Source: an uncultured Ignavibacteriaceae bacterium (GTDB taxonomy: Bacteria; Bacteroidota; Ignavibacteria; Ignavibacteriales; Ignavibacteriaceae). Taken from it: DNA of 64,000 nucleotides. Shown one piece after another: positions 63,046 to 64,000 of this stretch (position 1 is its first letter; every line of letters starts with the position of its first letter). The position numbers and the translations under genes are program-made. The notes below the pieces were generated by a model that was given only the letters and a program-made list of their open reading frames with translations, was not told where the DNA came from and did no database searches. The stretch spans positions 10,223-74,222 of the forward strand of contig CAVQOL010000014.1 in NCBI GenBank assembly GCA_963714415.1. Reading direction: 5' to 3'.

Positions 63046-64000
63046 TTAACGCTCCTAACAAAGGAAGAGTAAATCTATTTTTGATTTTATTTTCCGGATT
63101 AGTTATTCTCAGTGCTGCTGTTCTGGTTTATTACTTCGTATTACGCGGAGTTTATGGACGATTTGATATAACCTCATTATTACCTACAAAAGAGACAGTA
63201 AATAAGACATTAATTGGTGAAACCGATCAGGTAGCAATCCTTTACTCAAACTACACTGAAAATATGTTACCCGAAGGAAGTACATGGTTAGCAGATAATA
63301 TTTCAACGTGGAAGAAATTCCTTGGCAATATGAAACTTGGTTATGATATTCTATCTGATCAGGACGTAGAGCAGGGGAAACATCTTAGATACAGATTACT
63401 TGTTCTTCCGGGTTCAAAATCTTTAAGTGACAAGGAAATCTTTCAGATAAAAAAATATCTTGAAAGCGGTGGAAGCGTTTTTGCAACCAGCGGTATTGCC
63501 AGTTATTCCGAAGACGGAAAATGGAGAGGATGGCAATTCTTTAATCAGGTTTTCGGAATGCAGTTTACTCACGAAATTAAAAATGATAATTCTTTAAAAA
63601 TTCATACTCTCAGAGGTGGAATTCCTCTTACAGCTACAATTCCAACCGGTTATCCGTTAAAGGTTGCAACCTGGGATATCCCTATGGCAGCAGAAGTTCT
63701 TGAGCCAAGAACAAATCAGGTTAGTTTCTGGTATAATTTCAGGCTTGAAGATGGTTTGGTCAGAGAAGGAGTTAAACGCTCAACAGGAATTGCTAATGGA
63801 TGTTATGGTGAAGGAAGATTTGTTTGGATGGGTTTTGAAATTAATTCGGTTGTTGGCTTGCAAGAAGATTACATCTTGTTCGACAGATTTTTTAACAACT
63901 GTGTCCATTGGTTAACATACAGTCCAATTGCTTATGTAAAAGATTGGCCGGAAGGATATGATGCTGCCGCAGTAATTATGCCGGTTCTTTCCAATGATGT
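63036..64000 (+). CDS. Membrane-anchored protein with a glutamine-amidotransferase-like alpha/beta domain, continues past the window end; possible EPS-modifying enzyme
   Basis: Not in the ORF track because it has no stop. Own translation: MALINAPNKGRVNLFLILFSGLVILSAAVLVYYF...YRLLVLPGSKSLSDKEIFQIKKYLESGGSVFATSG...GEGRFVWMGFEI...YVKDWPEGYDAAAVIMPVLSNDV. The ATG overlaps the upstream stop by 10 nt. Confidence 0.6.
   Translation, partial: MALINAPNKGRVNLFLILFSGLVILSAAVLVYYFVLRGVYGRFDITSLLPTKETVNKTLIGETDQVAILYSNYTENMLPEGSTWLADNISTWKKFLGNMKLGYDILSDQDVEQGKHLRYRLLVLPGSKSLSDKEIFQIKKYLESGGSVFATSGIASYSEDGKWRGWQFFNQVFGMQFTHEIKNDNSLKIHTLRGGIPLTATIPTGYPLKVATWDIPMAAEVLEPRTNQVSFWYNFRLEDGLVREGVKRSTGIANGCYGEGRFVWMGFEINSVVGLQEDYILFDRFFNNCVHWLTYSPIAYVKDWPEGYDAAAVIMPVLSND

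Noticed and set aside
63664-63915. ORF-track entry 63664..63915(+).
   Set aside because: It is off-frame inside the longer open reading frame 63036..64000, which has a TM anchor and a domain-like sequence.
1-64000. Stop-codon reassignment or programmed frameshifting as the explanation for the broken genes.
   Set aside because: TAA, TGA (menD, kdsB) and TAG (plsC) all terminate intact, well-supported genes. Almost all breaks are frame changes at unrelated sequences with no shared slippery motif.
1-64000. tRNA, rRNA, IS elements, integrases, prophage or defence-system genes.
   Set aside because: I saw no T-loop or acceptor-stem-like sequence, no transposase, recombinase or nuclease motifs, and no long inverted or direct repeats in the intergenic regions.

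Overview
A 64-kb chromosomal segment from a low-GC bacterium, probably Ignavibacteria/Bacteroidota-like (FCB group). This placement rests on two type IX secretion C-terminal sorting domains, a C25 (gingipain-family) peptidase and a full Bat aerotolerance-type operon. I recognised no rRNA, tRNA, CRISPR array, transposase or integrase.

Gene content in order:
- Menaquinone operon menF-menD-menH-menB (minus strand), then rsgA.
- A tight operon of two tyrosine-rich low-complexity lipoproteins plus a beta-barrel outer-membrane protein (OMP), followed by another OMP.
- An ATP-grasp gene.
- A TPR lipoprotein / LolB-like lipoprotein / EnvC-like degenerate M23 cluster.
- A very AT-rich polysaccharide locus: wzx, glf, GT2, GT9, GT4, tagA-like.
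- A 1767-aa C25 peptidase with a T9SS tail, then GNAT, OMP, HAD, a PQQ-like propeller and a decayed T9SS cargo gene.
- moxR-DUF58-batD-like-batABCDE.
- M48 protease, plsC, gatC, kdsB, a PLP enzyme, HIT and a stand-alone B12-binding domain.
- A multi-PAS/GAF histidine kinase, a uvrD/pcrA helicase and a PPi-type phosphofructokinase.
- An NSS transporter with an unlisted 37-aa small-subunit ORF, a fatty-acid hydroxylase and a GH9 lipoprotein.
- A 5-gene synthase-dependent exopolysaccharide operon led by an unusual RecA/KaiC-like ATPase with a GGDEF-like tail.

At least 14 genes are frame-disrupted as sequenced. The lesions cluster in a few hot spots, and I cannot tell sequencing error from real decay without the reads.

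The most interesting candidates are the EPS operon and its BcsE/PelD-like putative regulator (57.0-64.0 kb) and the Tyr-rich lipoprotein/porin operon (5.8-8.9 kb).
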